A DNA stretch of 64,000 nt, taken from assembly GCA_051418015.1 (NCBI GenBank), contig JBPRGF010000031.1, positions 64,001 to 128,000 of the forward strand. The letters run 5' to 3'. Under the pieces are notes generated by a model. That model was not told the origin of the DNA. It searched no databases and was given only the letters and a program-made list of their open reading frames with translations. The stretch is from Candidatus Nitrospinota bacterium M3_3B_026 (GTDB lineage: Bacteria > Nitrospinota_A > UBA7883 > JBPRGF01). Shown in pieces: positions 17,333 to 26,510 of this stretch (the first letter of the stretch is position 1; the number at the start of each line of letters is the position of its first letter). Made by a program: the position numbers and the translations under genes.

Positions 17333-17562
17333 AAACCCCCTCCCGCCGGAGCCTGCCCTGAACGCAGCGAAGGGGCGGACTCCCCCTGGGCAAGGGAGAG
17401 AAAGGGAGAAGGCGGGGGACTTTTATCCTTGTCCTCCCCCCTTGAAGTGGGGAGGATCGAGGTGGGGGTGATATGATTTGTTCATACACCCTCCCCCTGC
17501 GTCCCCTCCCGTCAAGGGAGGGGATTCACGATGTCATTCTGAGGCAAAAGCCGAAGAATCCC
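17333..17562. repeat. REP-like palindromic repeat cluster between nrdJ and the phage-derived cluster
   Basis: cctccccccttgaagtggggagg, gggggtgatatgatttgttcatac and cccctcccgtcaagggagggg parallel 5889-5980; gtcattctgaggcaaaagccgaagaatcc parallels 63640-63666. Confidence 0.72.
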
Positions 17563-17602
17563 GCCGCGGGCGGCGTGGCCGAACGGGATGGTTTTCAGAT
17601 GG

Positions 17603-19945
17603 TCAGCACTTCGAGTAGCCGCAGGAGGAGCAGAGCAGGCACCCGTCGGCGTAGCGCAGCGAGCTTCCGCAATCCGGGCAGGCCCCGGCGCTTTTGGCCG
17701 CCTCGTTCGCCTCCAGCGCCCCGGGTCTGGCGGCGCCGTTGCCGCTCGCGCCCCTGGCTTTCCCTCCCCTGCTTTCATCCAGCCTGCCGAGGGCCTTGCC
17801 GATGGCGTCGGCGCAGGAGGCTATGCGGATGCCCTTGTCCCAGGCGGGCTGGTGGCACGATATGCCCATGAGTTGCTTTTGTATCTCCGACACGTCCACC
17901 CCCGCCCGCAGGGCAAGGGAGACCAGCCTGCCGATCGACTCCGTCTGCGAGGCGGCGCAGCCCCCGGCCTTGCCGAGCTGGGAGAAAAGCTCAAGGGGCC
18001 TTCCCTCCTCGTCCATGTTTATGGTGATGAACATGGACCCGCATCCGGTGGTGATCCTCTGCGTCAAGCCGTAGACAGTGTCCGGCCTGGGCCTGACGGC
18101 CACCTTCCCGGCGGCCTTCGCGGTCTCCGGGGCGGCCCCCTCGGCGGCGCGGCCCGCGCCCGTCGTGAGGACCTGCTCGTTCCTGGAGCCGTCGCGGTAT
18201 ATCGTAACCCCCTTCAACCCCAGCTGGTGGGCGAGGGTGTAGACCTTCCGGACATCGTCCTTCGTCGCCTCCCGGGGGAAGTTCACCGTCTTGGAGACGG
18301 CGTTGTCCGTGTGTTTCTGGAAGGCCGCCTGGGTCCTGATGTGCCATTCCGGGCTCACGCCATGGGCGGTGACGAAGACTTCGCGGATATCCTTCGGCAG
18401 CTCCTCCATGTCCTCGATGTGCCCCTGGTAGGCGACCTTCTCCATCAGGTCGTCGGAGTAAAAGCCCCTCTCACTGGCGGTCTTCTCGAAAAGGGGGTGC
18501 ACTTCCACCAGCCTGTCCTTGTCCATCACGGTGCGGACGAAGGACAGCGCGAACAGCGGCTCTATCCCCGAGGAGCACCCGGCGATGATGCTGATGGTGC
18601 CGGTGGGGGCTATCGTCGTCGTCGTCGCGTTGCGCAGCCGTGGCGCGCCGGGCTTGTCGTAGATGGAGCCGGGGAAGTTCGGGAAAGCCCCGCGTTTCCT
18701 GGCAAGCTCCATGGACGCCTTCTTGGACTCGCCGTCGATGAACTCCATCAGCCTGTCCCCCAGGGCCGTGGCCTCCTCGGAGTTGTAGGGGACCCCCAGC
18801 TTGATGAGCATGTCCGCCCAGCCCATGACGCCGAGGCCGATCTTGCGGTTGGCGCGGGTCAGCTGGGAGATCTTGTCCAGGGGATACTTGTTCATGTCGA
18901 TCACGTTGTCGAGGAACCTAACCGCCGTGTGGACGACGCGCCGGAGCCTCTCCCAGTTCACCTCGCCCTCCCCGGCGACCATCCTGGACAGGTTGACCGA
19001 CCCCAGGTTGCAGGACTCGTAGGGGAGCAGGGGCTGCTCGCCGCAGGGGTTGGTGGACTCTATCTCGCCCACGTGCGGGGTGGGGTTGTCGCGGTTTACC
19101 CTGTCGATGAAGATTATGCCGGGGTCGCCGTTTCTCCAGGCGGACTCCACTATCCTGCCGAAAACCTTCCGGGCGTCGAGGCTGCCCGCCGTCTGGCCGG
19201 TGTGCGGCGCCACGAGGTCATACTCCTCGCCGTTCTCCACGGCTTTCATGAACTTGTCCGTCAGCGCGACGGAGATGTTGAAGTTGGTTATCTGGGTGTT
19301 GTCGCGCTTGCAGTCGATGAAATCCTCGATGTCCGGGTGGTCGACGCGGAGGATGCCCATGTTCGCCCCCCGCCGCGTGCCGCCCTGCTTGACCGACTCC
19401 GTGGCGGCGTCAAAAACCTTCATGAAGGAGACCGGCCCGGAGGAGACGCCGTTGGTCGATTTCACCTGGCTGCCGGCGGGCCGGAGCCGGGAAAAAGAGA
19501 AGCCGGTGCCGCCCCCGCTCTTGTGTATCAGCGCCGTGTCCCGCACCGCGTCGAAGATCGACTCCATCGAGTCATCCACCGGCAGGACGAAACAGGCGGA
19601 AAGCTGCTGCAGCTCCCTGCCGGCGTTCATCAGGGTGGGCGAGTTCGGCATGAACTCGAGGCTCGCCATGACGGAGTAGAACTCCTCCTCGGCGCTGGCG
19701 GCGTCCTCGGCGGCGCCATACCTTACCTCGGCCTGGGCTATGTTGCGCGCCACGCGGCGAAACATGTCCGCGGGGGTCTCTATCACCTCGCCGCGCTCGT
19801 TTTTCCTCAGGTAGCGGCGCTCCAGGACGCGGACGGCGTTCTCCGAAAGCTCCGGAGATGACGGCGCCACCTGGGCGGCGGGGGCGCTTTTCGGGGACGG
19901 TTCGGATCCTTCCTCGGGGTCGGGTCGAAAGCTTATGTCAGACAT
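17603..19945 (-). CDS. nrdJ: Class II (adenosylcobalamin-dependent) ribonucleotide reductase
   Basis: FMPNSPTLMNAG, LSACFV, TNPCGEQPL, TIAPTGTIS; C-terminal TSCPD region and CPDC...CSSCGYSKC Zn ribbon. Confidence 0.96.
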   Translation of the reverse strand: MSDISFRPDPEEGSEPSPKSAPAAQVAPSSPELSENAVRVLERRYLRKNERGEVIETPADMFRRVARNIAQAEVRYGAAEDAASAEEEFYSVMASLEFMPNSPTLMNAGRELQQLSACFVLPVDDSMESIFDAVRDTALIHKSGGGTGFSFSRLRPAGSQVKSTNGVSSGPVSFMKVFDAATESVKQGGTRRGANMGILRVDHPDIEDFIDCKRDNTQITNFNISVALTDKFMKAVENGEEYDLVAPHTGQTAGSLDARKVFGRIVESAWRNGDPGIIFIDRVNRDNPTPHVGEIESTNPCGEQPLLPYESCNLGSVNLSRMVAGEGEVNWERLRRVVHTAVRFLDNVIDMNKYPLDKISQLTRANRKIGLGVMGWADMLIKLGVPYNSEEATALGDRLMEFIDGESKKASMELARKRGAFPNFPGSIYDKPGAPRLRNATTTTIAPTGTISIIAGCSSGIEPLFALSFVRTVMDKDRLVEVHPLFEKTASERGFYSDDLMEKVAYQGHIEDMEELPKDIREVFVTAHGVSPEWHIRTQAAFQKHTDNAVSKTVNFPREATKDDVRKVYTLAHQLGLKGVTIYRDGSRNEQVLTTGAGRAAEGAAPETAKAAGKVAVRPRPDTVYGLTQRITTGCGSMFITINMDEEGRPLELFSQLGKAGGCAASQTESIGRLVSLALRAGVDVSEIQKQLMGISCHQPAWDKGIRIASCADAIGKALGRLDESRGGKARGASGNGAARPGALEANEAAKSAGACPDCGSSLRYADGCLLCSSCGYSKC

Positions 19946-20023
19946 CGGCGCCTCTTTCGATCAGGGTTGACAGGGTTCCAAGGCCCGGAGGAGCCTGAAA
20001 TATACTTAAATATGATTTCATAT

Positions 20024-20071
20024 ACACAGCATGTTGTATGAGCGAAAATACTATCCCACCATATATAGCGA
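20024..20071. promoter_or_regulatory. Tandem NrdR boxes
   Basis: acacagcatgttgtat (20024-20039) and ccaccatatatagcga (20056-20071) resemble acaCwAtATaTwGtgt. They are 32 bp apart and upstream of nrdJ. Confidence 0.8.
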
Positions 20072-20094
20072 GTCAAGCTCTTTTTCGAGCTTTT

Positions 20095-20126
20095 TTACCA
20101 ACAGTTTCTTCCACATTTTTTCCACA
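20095..20126 (+). promoter_or_regulatory. Three phased DnaA-box-like sites upstream of nrdJ
   Basis: ttaccaaca (20095), tcttccaca (20107), ttttccaca (20118; matches TTWTNCACA). Confidence 0.5.
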
Positions 20127-20333
20127 GCCGGAGCCCCCTTTATCTGTTTACAATATAAGCCCCCGGCGGCTTTTCCAGAGGTTTTGGGTTTAAATTTTCG
20201 ATACATTTTCGCCCAAGGGGCGGGATAGCGGCAACCGTAAAAAAGCGCCGCCGCCCCCCCCTTCGGCTTCGTTCAGGACGGCGATACCGGACGGCGCTGG
20301 CCGGGTTGCGCGAGGGTCTTTTTCAGAGGAGGG

Positions 20334-21428
20334 TCAGGACGCGCCTGGGGCTTTGCCGATCCTGTCCCTGCCCTCCGTCTTGGCGGAGTAGAGGGCCCTG
20401 TCGGCGGCGTCTATTATCTGCTCCATGGTCTTTCCGCTTTCCGGGTAGCAGGAGACGCCTCCGGAGATGGTCACATTGCGGGGCTCCTCGCCTTCCACCT
20501 GGATCGCGGCCTCCTCTTTCACCGCGCCGCGCAGCTTCTCCGCGACGAACAGGGCGTCGGCGACGGATATCCCCGGCAGCAGGACGACGAACTCCTCCCC
20601 GCCGTATCGGGCCATGACGTCCTCCTGGCGGGTGTTCTTTTTCAGCACGCCGCCGATCTTCTTCAGCACGTCGTCGCCGACGAGGTGGCCGTAGGTGTCG
20701 TTGACATCCTTGAAATGGTCGACGTCCATCATGATGAGGGAGAAGACGCCCGTGTCCCTCCTGGCCTTGCTGATCTCCTTTCGCATTATCTCCGTGAAGT
20801 ACCGCCTGGAGTAAAGTCCCGTCAGGGAGTCCGTTATGGCCTGTTTCTGAGTCTCCGAGAAGAGCTTCGAGTTCTCCAGGGCCTGGGCGACGCTCGTGGC
20901 CACGGCGTTGTAGACCAGGAGGTCCCTTTCGCCGATGGCGTTCACCTCCTCCTTGCTGACGTTGAGCACGCCTATGACCCTGCCGGAGCGGGTCCTGAGC
21001 GGGGTTGAGTAGAAGGACCCTATCTCCGGCTCGGCCCCCTTGTAGTAGAGGAACCTTTCGTCCTTGCTGACGTCGCGGACCAGCTCGGCCTCTCCCGTCT
21101 GCGCCACATGGCCGCAGACGCCCTCACCAAGCTTGAAGGTGACCTCCCGGGCGGCCTCGTAGGTGGAGCTGTTCGCCCTCCACATCCTCAGCGCGCTGCT
21201 CGACTCGTCCAGGAGCATCACGGCGAACTTCGTCACGCCGAGCATGTTTTTCATCAGCTCCTCGGCCTCGTGGAATATCGAGTCCATGTGAAAGGAGACG
21301 TGGAGCGACTTGCTGAGGTTGTAAAGCGCGAAGACCTCCATCATGCACTCGGCCAAGGCCCGGCTGTGCTGCCGCGCAAGGTCGAGAAGCTTGACGTCCT
21401 CCCCGCCGGGAAAGCTCTCCGAGTTCAT
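20334..21428 (-). CDS. GAF-domain diguanylate cyclase
   Basis: GAF domain (GEGVCGHVAQTGE); AITDSLTGLYSRR, DVDHFKDVNDTYGH, I-site RQED, RYGGEEF. Confidence 0.93.
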   Translation of the reverse strand: MNSESFPGGEDVKLLDLARQHSRALAECMMEVFALYNLSKSLHVSFHMDSIFHEAEELMKNMLGVTKFAVMLLDESSSALRMWRANSSTYEAAREVTFKLGEGVCGHVAQTGEAELVRDVSKDERFLYYKGAEPEIGSFYSTPLRTRSGRVIGVLNVSKEEVNAIGERDLLVYNAVATSVAQALENSKLFSETQKQAITDSLTGLYSRRYFTEIMRKEISKARRDTGVFSLIMMDVDHFKDVNDTYGHLVGDDVLKKIGGVLKKNTRQEDVMARYGGEEFVVLLPGISVADALFVAEKLRGAVKEEAAIQVEGEEPRNVTISGGVSCYPESGKTMEQIIDAADRALYSAKTEGRDRIGKAPGAS

Positions 21429-21475
21429 TTCAGCTCAAGACTCACTCATCATTTGAAAAGGAATCACCCCCCGAG

Positions 21476-21511
21476 AGGATATTTATATCCTTCCATGCGG
21501 GCGCATGTCAA
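21476..21511 (-). promoter_or_regulatory. Sigma70-like promoter of the cyclase, with a palindromic operator over the -10
   Basis: TTGACA (21511-21506), 18 bp, TATAAA (21487-21482); perfect inverted repeat aggatat-tt-atatcct at 21476-21491. Confidence 0.5.
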
Positions 21512-21563
21512 GTTTTATGTAAGATGTAACCAGCTGTAATAATGGGTGTTCAGGCCCAGCCGC

Positions 21564-22106
21564 CTAGGGTATCTGCTCCAGCGTCTTCATCATCACTTTC
21601 CTGGCGGTGTCGTTCTTTTCGCTGTCCATCTTCTCGCGGATGATCTCCCGCGCCTTCGGGCCGCCGAGCTTGCGCAGGCTCCTTACCGCCGTGAGGCGCA
21701 CCATCACGTCCTCGTCCGACAGCGCCTCCGAGAGGTCCTGGAGCGCCCTTTGCCCCTTGGCCCTCACAAGCGCCTCGCAGGCGGAGGCGCGCAGGTAGGG
21801 GTTCTTTTCCGTTTTCATCTTTCCTTCGAGGAGCCGCTCCACCTCCGCGCCGTCAAAATAGGTCAGCGCCGTCATGGCGCGGGCGCGGACGACGGTGAAG
21901 ACCTCCGGGTCGTCGATCATCCGCAGCAGGTTTTCCCTGGCCGTCTCCGGCTCCAGCCCGGCCCAGTATTCCCTGTCCGGCGCGCCGTGATAGCCGGAGA
22001 GGACGGAGACCAGATCCTCGTAGGACACGACGGCGCCCTGCGCGAAGGCGGGGCCGGATATCATCAATAGCGTGGCGGCGAAGGCCGCGGCCAAAGTCTT
22101 TTTCAT
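21564..22106 (-). CDS. Exported HEAT-repeat protein
   Basis: Signal peptide ending AFA; HEAT-like repeats (VRARAMTAL, LRASACEAL, VRLTAVRSL). Confidence 0.8.
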   Translation of the reverse strand: MKKTLAAAFAATLLMISGPAFAQGAVVSYEDLVSVLSGYHGAPDREYWAGLEPETARENLLRMIDDPEVFTVVRARAMTALTYFDGAEVERLLEGKMKTEKNPYLRASACEALVRAKGQRALQDLSEALSDEDVMVRLTAVRSLRKLGGPKAREIIREKMDSEKNDTARKVMMKTLEQIP

Positions 22107-22124
22107 TTTTACGTCTCCTCCGTT

Positions 22125-23357
22125 TTACAGAATGGATGGATGCGTGTTGATGATCTGACCCTGCTGGGTGGAGAGATTTGTCTGGAAATCCCCGCCGGAT
22201 GCGAGCTGAAAGTCCGCCACCCAGAACATCAGGTAATCCGCCCCTTTGCCCCGGCACTCCGGGCCGGAGACTTCTCCATCGGCGTCGGCGTCGTTTTCTA
22301 TGCCGCATTCGGGGGTGTCGCCGAGCGTGTCCGAAGAGCCGTCTTTCTCCGAGGTGTGATAAAGCCCCAGGTAGTGGCCTATCTCGTGGGCGAGTATCTT
22401 CGAGAGAAATATCTGGTCCGTCTCGTGGGCCGTGTACCCCTTCGCCTCGAAACCATAGGAGGCCGCCTGCGCGATGATCCCCGACGCGGCCGTCCCGTGT
22501 ATGAACGCCGGGCCGGGGATGGCCCCGTCGACGCCCAGTATATTCTCCGGCAGACGGGGGACAAGGAAGCAGTTTATCCCCCTGTCGCTCCTCCCCGCTG
22601 TCCCGCGGGAGATGTCGCGCAGAAACTCGTCCATGCTGTCCTCGTCGGTCAGCCGGGCGAGGGCGCCGGGGTCGTCCCGGAACTCGACGTTCAGCGTTCC
22701 GACGGCGACGCCCGCCTGGCTGAATATCTGGTTCATGTAGTTTCTGATGTTCTCCGCCTCGGCTTCGTTCGGGATCACCTCGTTCGGCTCACCCGCTGTG
22801 TAGACGATCAGGTTTATGCCCAGCTCGCCACGGGAGAAGTCCGGATCGTTCTTGCTGGCCTGGTAGACCCTCACAGTGGTGTCGGACCCCGTGAGATTGC
22901 CCACCAGGAAGTCATAGTCTCCGGCGGGGAATTCGCTGGAGACGGCGTAGACAAAGGGCATCACGGCGCTTACCGTGTAATCCCCGTACAGCATCCACAG
23001 GTAATACGGGTAAAACGCAAACGGCAGGCTGGAGCTCCAGTAGATCACCCCCTCGGCCCTGTCGTAGTCGTAGATATAGAGGCCGGCGCTGTTTATCCTG
23101 TCCACCACTACAGGCGCGCCGCTGTCGAACACTATCTCGTTGACGTTGTCGCCGCCCTGCGTCAGGGCGTTCGCGCTCCGGGCGAGCTGCTGGCCGGAGA
23201 CGGTTATGGTCTTGTAAGCGCCCGCCGGGACGGTCACGGTCTTAAGATGCGCCGAGCCGCTCGTCACTTCCTTGTCACCCGAGCCGCCGCCTGAGCCGCC
23301 GCCCCCGCCGCATCCGGAAAGCAGAGCCAGCGCCGCGGCGAAGGCCGCCGGTCTCAT
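22125..23357 (-). CDS. Lipoprotein metzincin metalloprotease (M43/pappalysin-like)
   Basis: Lipobox LLSGC plus a Gly linker; HEIGHYLGLYH zinc motif, DTPEC, YLMFW Met-turn. Confidence 0.82.
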   Translation of the reverse strand: MRPAAFAAALALLSGCGGGGGSGGGSGDKEVTSGSAHLKTVTVPAGAYKTITVSGQQLARSANALTQGGDNVNEIVFDSGAPVVVDRINSAGLYIYDYDRAEGVIYWSSSLPFAFYPYYLWMLYGDYTVSAVMPFVYAVSSEFPAGDYDFLVGNLTGSDTTVRVYQASKNDPDFSRGELGINLIVYTAGEPNEVIPNEAEAENIRNYMNQIFSQAGVAVGTLNVEFRDDPGALARLTDEDSMDEFLRDISRGTAGRSDRGINCFLVPRLPENILGVDGAIPGPAFIHGTAASGIIAQAASYGFEAKGYTAHETDQIFLSKILAHEIGHYLGLYHTSEKDGSSDTLGDTPECGIENDADADGEVSGPECRGKGADYLMFWVADFQLASGGDFQTNLSTQQGQIINTHPSIL

Positions 23358-23462
23358 CAGACGGCAACGATCAAGACCCATCCGCGATTCCTTTGGTTCG
23401 TCAAAACCGGGAAGACAAAACCGCCATCGAGACCGATTATACCCTTTTCCGGGCAGTGTGGA

Positions 23463-24911
23463 TCAGAATGAAAGGAAGGCCGATTTCGCGAAGGCGATGT
23501 AGCCCGCCGGGTTGATCCCGAGCCACAGCGCGCCATAGGCCGAGACGGCAAGCGCCACCACCACCGGCGCGGCGATCCTGACCGGCTGGGGCTGGCCCTC
23601 CTCCCCGCGCATGTACATCACCACCGTCAGCCGCAGGTAGTAGAAAACCGACACGACGGAGTTGAGCGCCGCCAGGACGGCAAGCGCCACGAACCCCTCC
23701 TCCAGCGCGGCCATGAAGATGTAGAACTTGCCCACGAACCCGGCCGTCGGCGGTATCCCCGCAAGCGAGAAGAGGAACAGCGACAGCGTCGCCGCCAGCA
23801 GCGGGTTCGAGAAGCCAAGGCCGGTGTAGTCGGCGAAGGTGGCCCTCTTTTCCCCCTTGCCCGCGACGGCGGCCACCACGGCGAAGGCGCCAATGTTCAT
23901 GAAGGTGTAGACCAGCATGTAGAAAAGAATCCCCGAGGCGGCCGTCTCGCTCGCCGCCGTCAGGCCGACCAGCGCGTATCCGGCGTGGGCTATCGACGAG
24001 TAGGCCAGCATCCTTTTCACGTTGTCCTGGGCCAGGGCGATGACGTTGCCCACGATCATCGTGGCGGCGGCCAGGACCCACAAAAGCTCCCACCACTGCC
24101 CCGAAAGGGCCGGGAACGCCTCGGCCAGAACCCGCAGAAACGCCGCGAAAGCCGCCGCCTTCGGCCCGGCGGACATGAACGCGGTGACAGGCAGCGGCGC
24201 GCCCTGGTAGACGTCCGGCGTCCACATGTGGAAGGGAACCGCGGCGACCTTGAACGCGAATCCCATGACGATCAGGACAACCCCCGCGCCGAGGATAATG
24301 TCGTTGCCCGTCCCGGCGGCCACGGCCTCGCCTATCTTCGAAAGGCTCGTGGACCCCGTCGCGCCGTAGACCAGCGCCATGCCGTAGAGCAAAAACCCGG
24401 AGGAGAGCGCGCCGAGGATAAAATATTTCAGCGACGATTCGTTGGAGGCGCGCCTGGTCCTCGTGTATCCGGCCAGGACGTAAAGGGAGATCGACATCAC
24501 CTCCAGCCCCATGAAGATCGTCATCATGTCCGCGCCGGAGGCCATGAAGAACATCCCCGCCGTGGCGAAAAGAAGCAGGGCGTAATACTCGCCGCTGTCC
24601 ACCCCCTCTTCCTGGTTGTAGACGATGGAGATCAGGATGGTGAGCCCCGCGCCGAGCAGGAAGACCAGCTTGAAGAACGCCGCGAAGTTGTCCACCGCGT
24701 AGAGTCCCGAGAAGGTCGTCCAGGACTCGCCCGTCAGGGGGATGAGCGCCCCGGCGAGGACCACCCCGGCGAGGGCCATGTAGCCGAGCCTGTCCCTGCC
24801 CTTCTTCTCGGCGAAGACCTCCGCCAGAAGCAGGATGATGGCGAACACCGTGAGCGTGATCTCCGGCGCTATGGCCCCGAGCTTTATGTCCGGAATGGGG
24901 ATAGTTCTCAT
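23463..24911 (-). CDS. nuoN: NADH-quinone oxidoreductase subunit N
   Basis: FKVAAVPFHMWTPDVYQGAP, KRMLAYSSIAHAGY, SLAGIPPTAGF. Confidence 0.96.
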   Translation of the reverse strand: MRTIPIPDIKLGAIAPEITLTVFAIILLLAEVFAEKKGRDRLGYMALAGVVLAGALIPLTGESWTTFSGLYAVDNFAAFFKLVFLLGAGLTILISIVYNQEEGVDSGEYYALLLFATAGMFFMASGADMMTIFMGLEVMSISLYVLAGYTRTRRASNESSLKYFILGALSSGFLLYGMALVYGATGSTSLSKIGEAVAAGTGNDIILGAGVVLIVMGFAFKVAAVPFHMWTPDVYQGAPLPVTAFMSAGPKAAAFAAFLRVLAEAFPALSGQWWELLWVLAAATMIVGNVIALAQDNVKRMLAYSSIAHAGYALVGLTAASETAASGILFYMLVYTFMNIGAFAVVAAVAGKGEKRATFADYTGLGFSNPLLAATLSLFLFSLAGIPPTAGFVGKFYIFMAALEEGFVALAVLAALNSVVSVFYYLRLTVVMYMRGEEGQPQPVRIAAPVVVALAVSAYGALWLGINPAGYIAFAKSAFLSF

Positions 24912-26503
24912 TCGTCCTTGCCCCTCACTTTTTCATGTTCGCCTGTCTCAAGCCCCGCGGGCAGGCTCACGCCCCTGGCGGCGGCGAGTTTTTTGAGCCT
25001 CTCGCTCTCGTGTTCGGCCACGGCTCCCTTCACCTGCCGGACGAGCCGCTCCACGGAGGGCTCCATCTTCTCGAGGAACGGCGTGGGATAGACCCCGATG
25101 ACGAAGATCATCACCACGAGCGGCGAGAAGTAGGCGAACTCGCGGAGGTTGATGTCCTTGAGCTTTTCGTTGGCGGGGTTCGTTATCTTGTTGAACATCA
25201 CCCGCTGGAACATCCAGAGCATGTAGACCGCCGCCCAGATGACGCCCGTCGTGGCTATGGCGGCGTAGACCGGGTTGGCGCCCCACGTTCCCATCAGGAT
25301 CAAAAACTCGCCGATGAACCCGTTCAGCCCCGGCAGGCCGATCGACGACAGCGTCACTATCATGAAAATCGCCGCGAAGACCGGCATCCTTAGCGACACG
25401 CCGCCGTACTCGGAGATGAGCCTGGTGTGCCTGCGCTCGTACAATACCCCCACCGCCAGGAAGAGCGCTCCGGTGGAAAGCCCGTGGTTTATCATCTGTA
25501 TGATGCCGCCCTCGATGGCCTCGATGTTGAGGGCGAATATGCCCAGCATCACGAAGCCCAGGTGGCTGACCGACGAGTAGGCCACCAGCTTTTTCACGTC
25601 CTCCTGGACCATGGCCACCAGCGCGCCGTAGACTATGCCTATCAGGGCGAGCCAGCTGACCCACCAGACCGCCGCCTCCGCCGCCAGCGGGAATATGGGA
25701 AGCGAGAAGCGCAAAAAGCCATACGTCCCCATCTTCAGCAGTATCCCCGCCAGGATGACAGACCCCGCCGTCGGCGCTTCCACGTGAGCGTCCGGCAGCC
25801 ATGTGTGAAACGGGAACATCGGCACCTTGATGGCGAACGCCAAAAAGAAGGCCATGAACAAAAGCGCCTGCGCCCCGGGCGGTATGGCCAGGCCGTGATA
25901 TTTTAGAATCTCCATCGTGTATTCGCCGGTGACCTCGTGGTGGTGGAAGTAGAGCCACAGTATCCCCACGAGCATCAGCACCGAGCCGAACATGGTGTAT
26001 ATGAAAAACTTCACCGCGGCGTAGATTCTGCGCTGCCCGCCCCATATCCCGATGATGAGGTACATGGGGATCAGCATCAGCTCCCAGAAAACGTAGAAGA
26101 GGAAAAAGTCGAGCGCGCAGAAGACGCCGACCATCCCCACCTCCAGAAGCAGAAGCGAGATCATGAACTCCTTGACGTGTTTCTCCACCGCCGTCCAGGT
26201 GGAAAGGACGCAGACCGCCGTGGTCAGCGTCGTCAGCAGGACGAGCAGCATGGAGATGCCGTCTATCCCCAGGTGGTAGCTGATCCCGAAAGAGGGGATC
26301 CACTCCGCCTTCTCCACGAACTGCATCTCGTGGGTGTCCTCGAACGCGAAGAAGAGCGGCAGCGACGCGAAAAAGCCCAGGACCGTCGCGGCGAAAGCCG
26401 TCCCCCGGATCAGGCCCTTGTTCTCCCTGTCGATGAATAAAAGCAGGAACGCCCCCGCCAGGGGGATGAACGTGACTATCGAGAGTATCGGTATGGATGC
26501 CAT
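24908..26503 (-). CDS. nuoM: NADH-quinone oxidoreductase subunit M
   Basis: FYVFWELMLIPMY, KVPMFPFHTWLPDAHVEAPTAGS, LKMGTYG. Confidence 0.96.
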   Translation of the reverse strand: MASIPILSIVTFIPLAGAFLLLFIDRENKGLIRGTAFAATVLGFFASLPLFFAFEDTHEMQFVEKAEWIPSFGISYHLGIDGISMLLVLLTTLTTAVCVLSTWTAVEKHVKEFMISLLLLEVGMVGVFCALDFFLFYVFWELMLIPMYLIIGIWGGQRRIYAAVKFFIYTMFGSVLMLVGILWLYFHHHEVTGEYTMEILKYHGLAIPPGAQALLFMAFFLAFAIKVPMFPFHTWLPDAHVEAPTAGSVILAGILLKMGTYGFLRFSLPIFPLAAEAAVWWVSWLALIGIVYGALVAMVQEDVKKLVAYSSVSHLGFVMLGIFALNIEAIEGGIIQMINHGLSTGALFLAVGVLYERRHTRLISEYGGVSLRMPVFAAIFMIVTLSSIGLPGLNGFIGEFLILMGTWGANPVYAAIATTGVIWAAVYMLWMFQRVMFNKITNPANEKLKDINLREFAYFSPLVVMIFVIGVYPTPFLEKMEPSVERLVRQVKGAVAEHESERLKKLAAARGVSLPAGLETGEHEKVRGKDE

Positions 26504-26510
26504 AACCCCT

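Noticed and set aside
20000..20330. Chromosomal replication origin
   Set aside because: Only a few mostly imperfect DnaA boxes, no dnaA/dnaN context and no clear unwinding element; better explained as nrdJ regulation.
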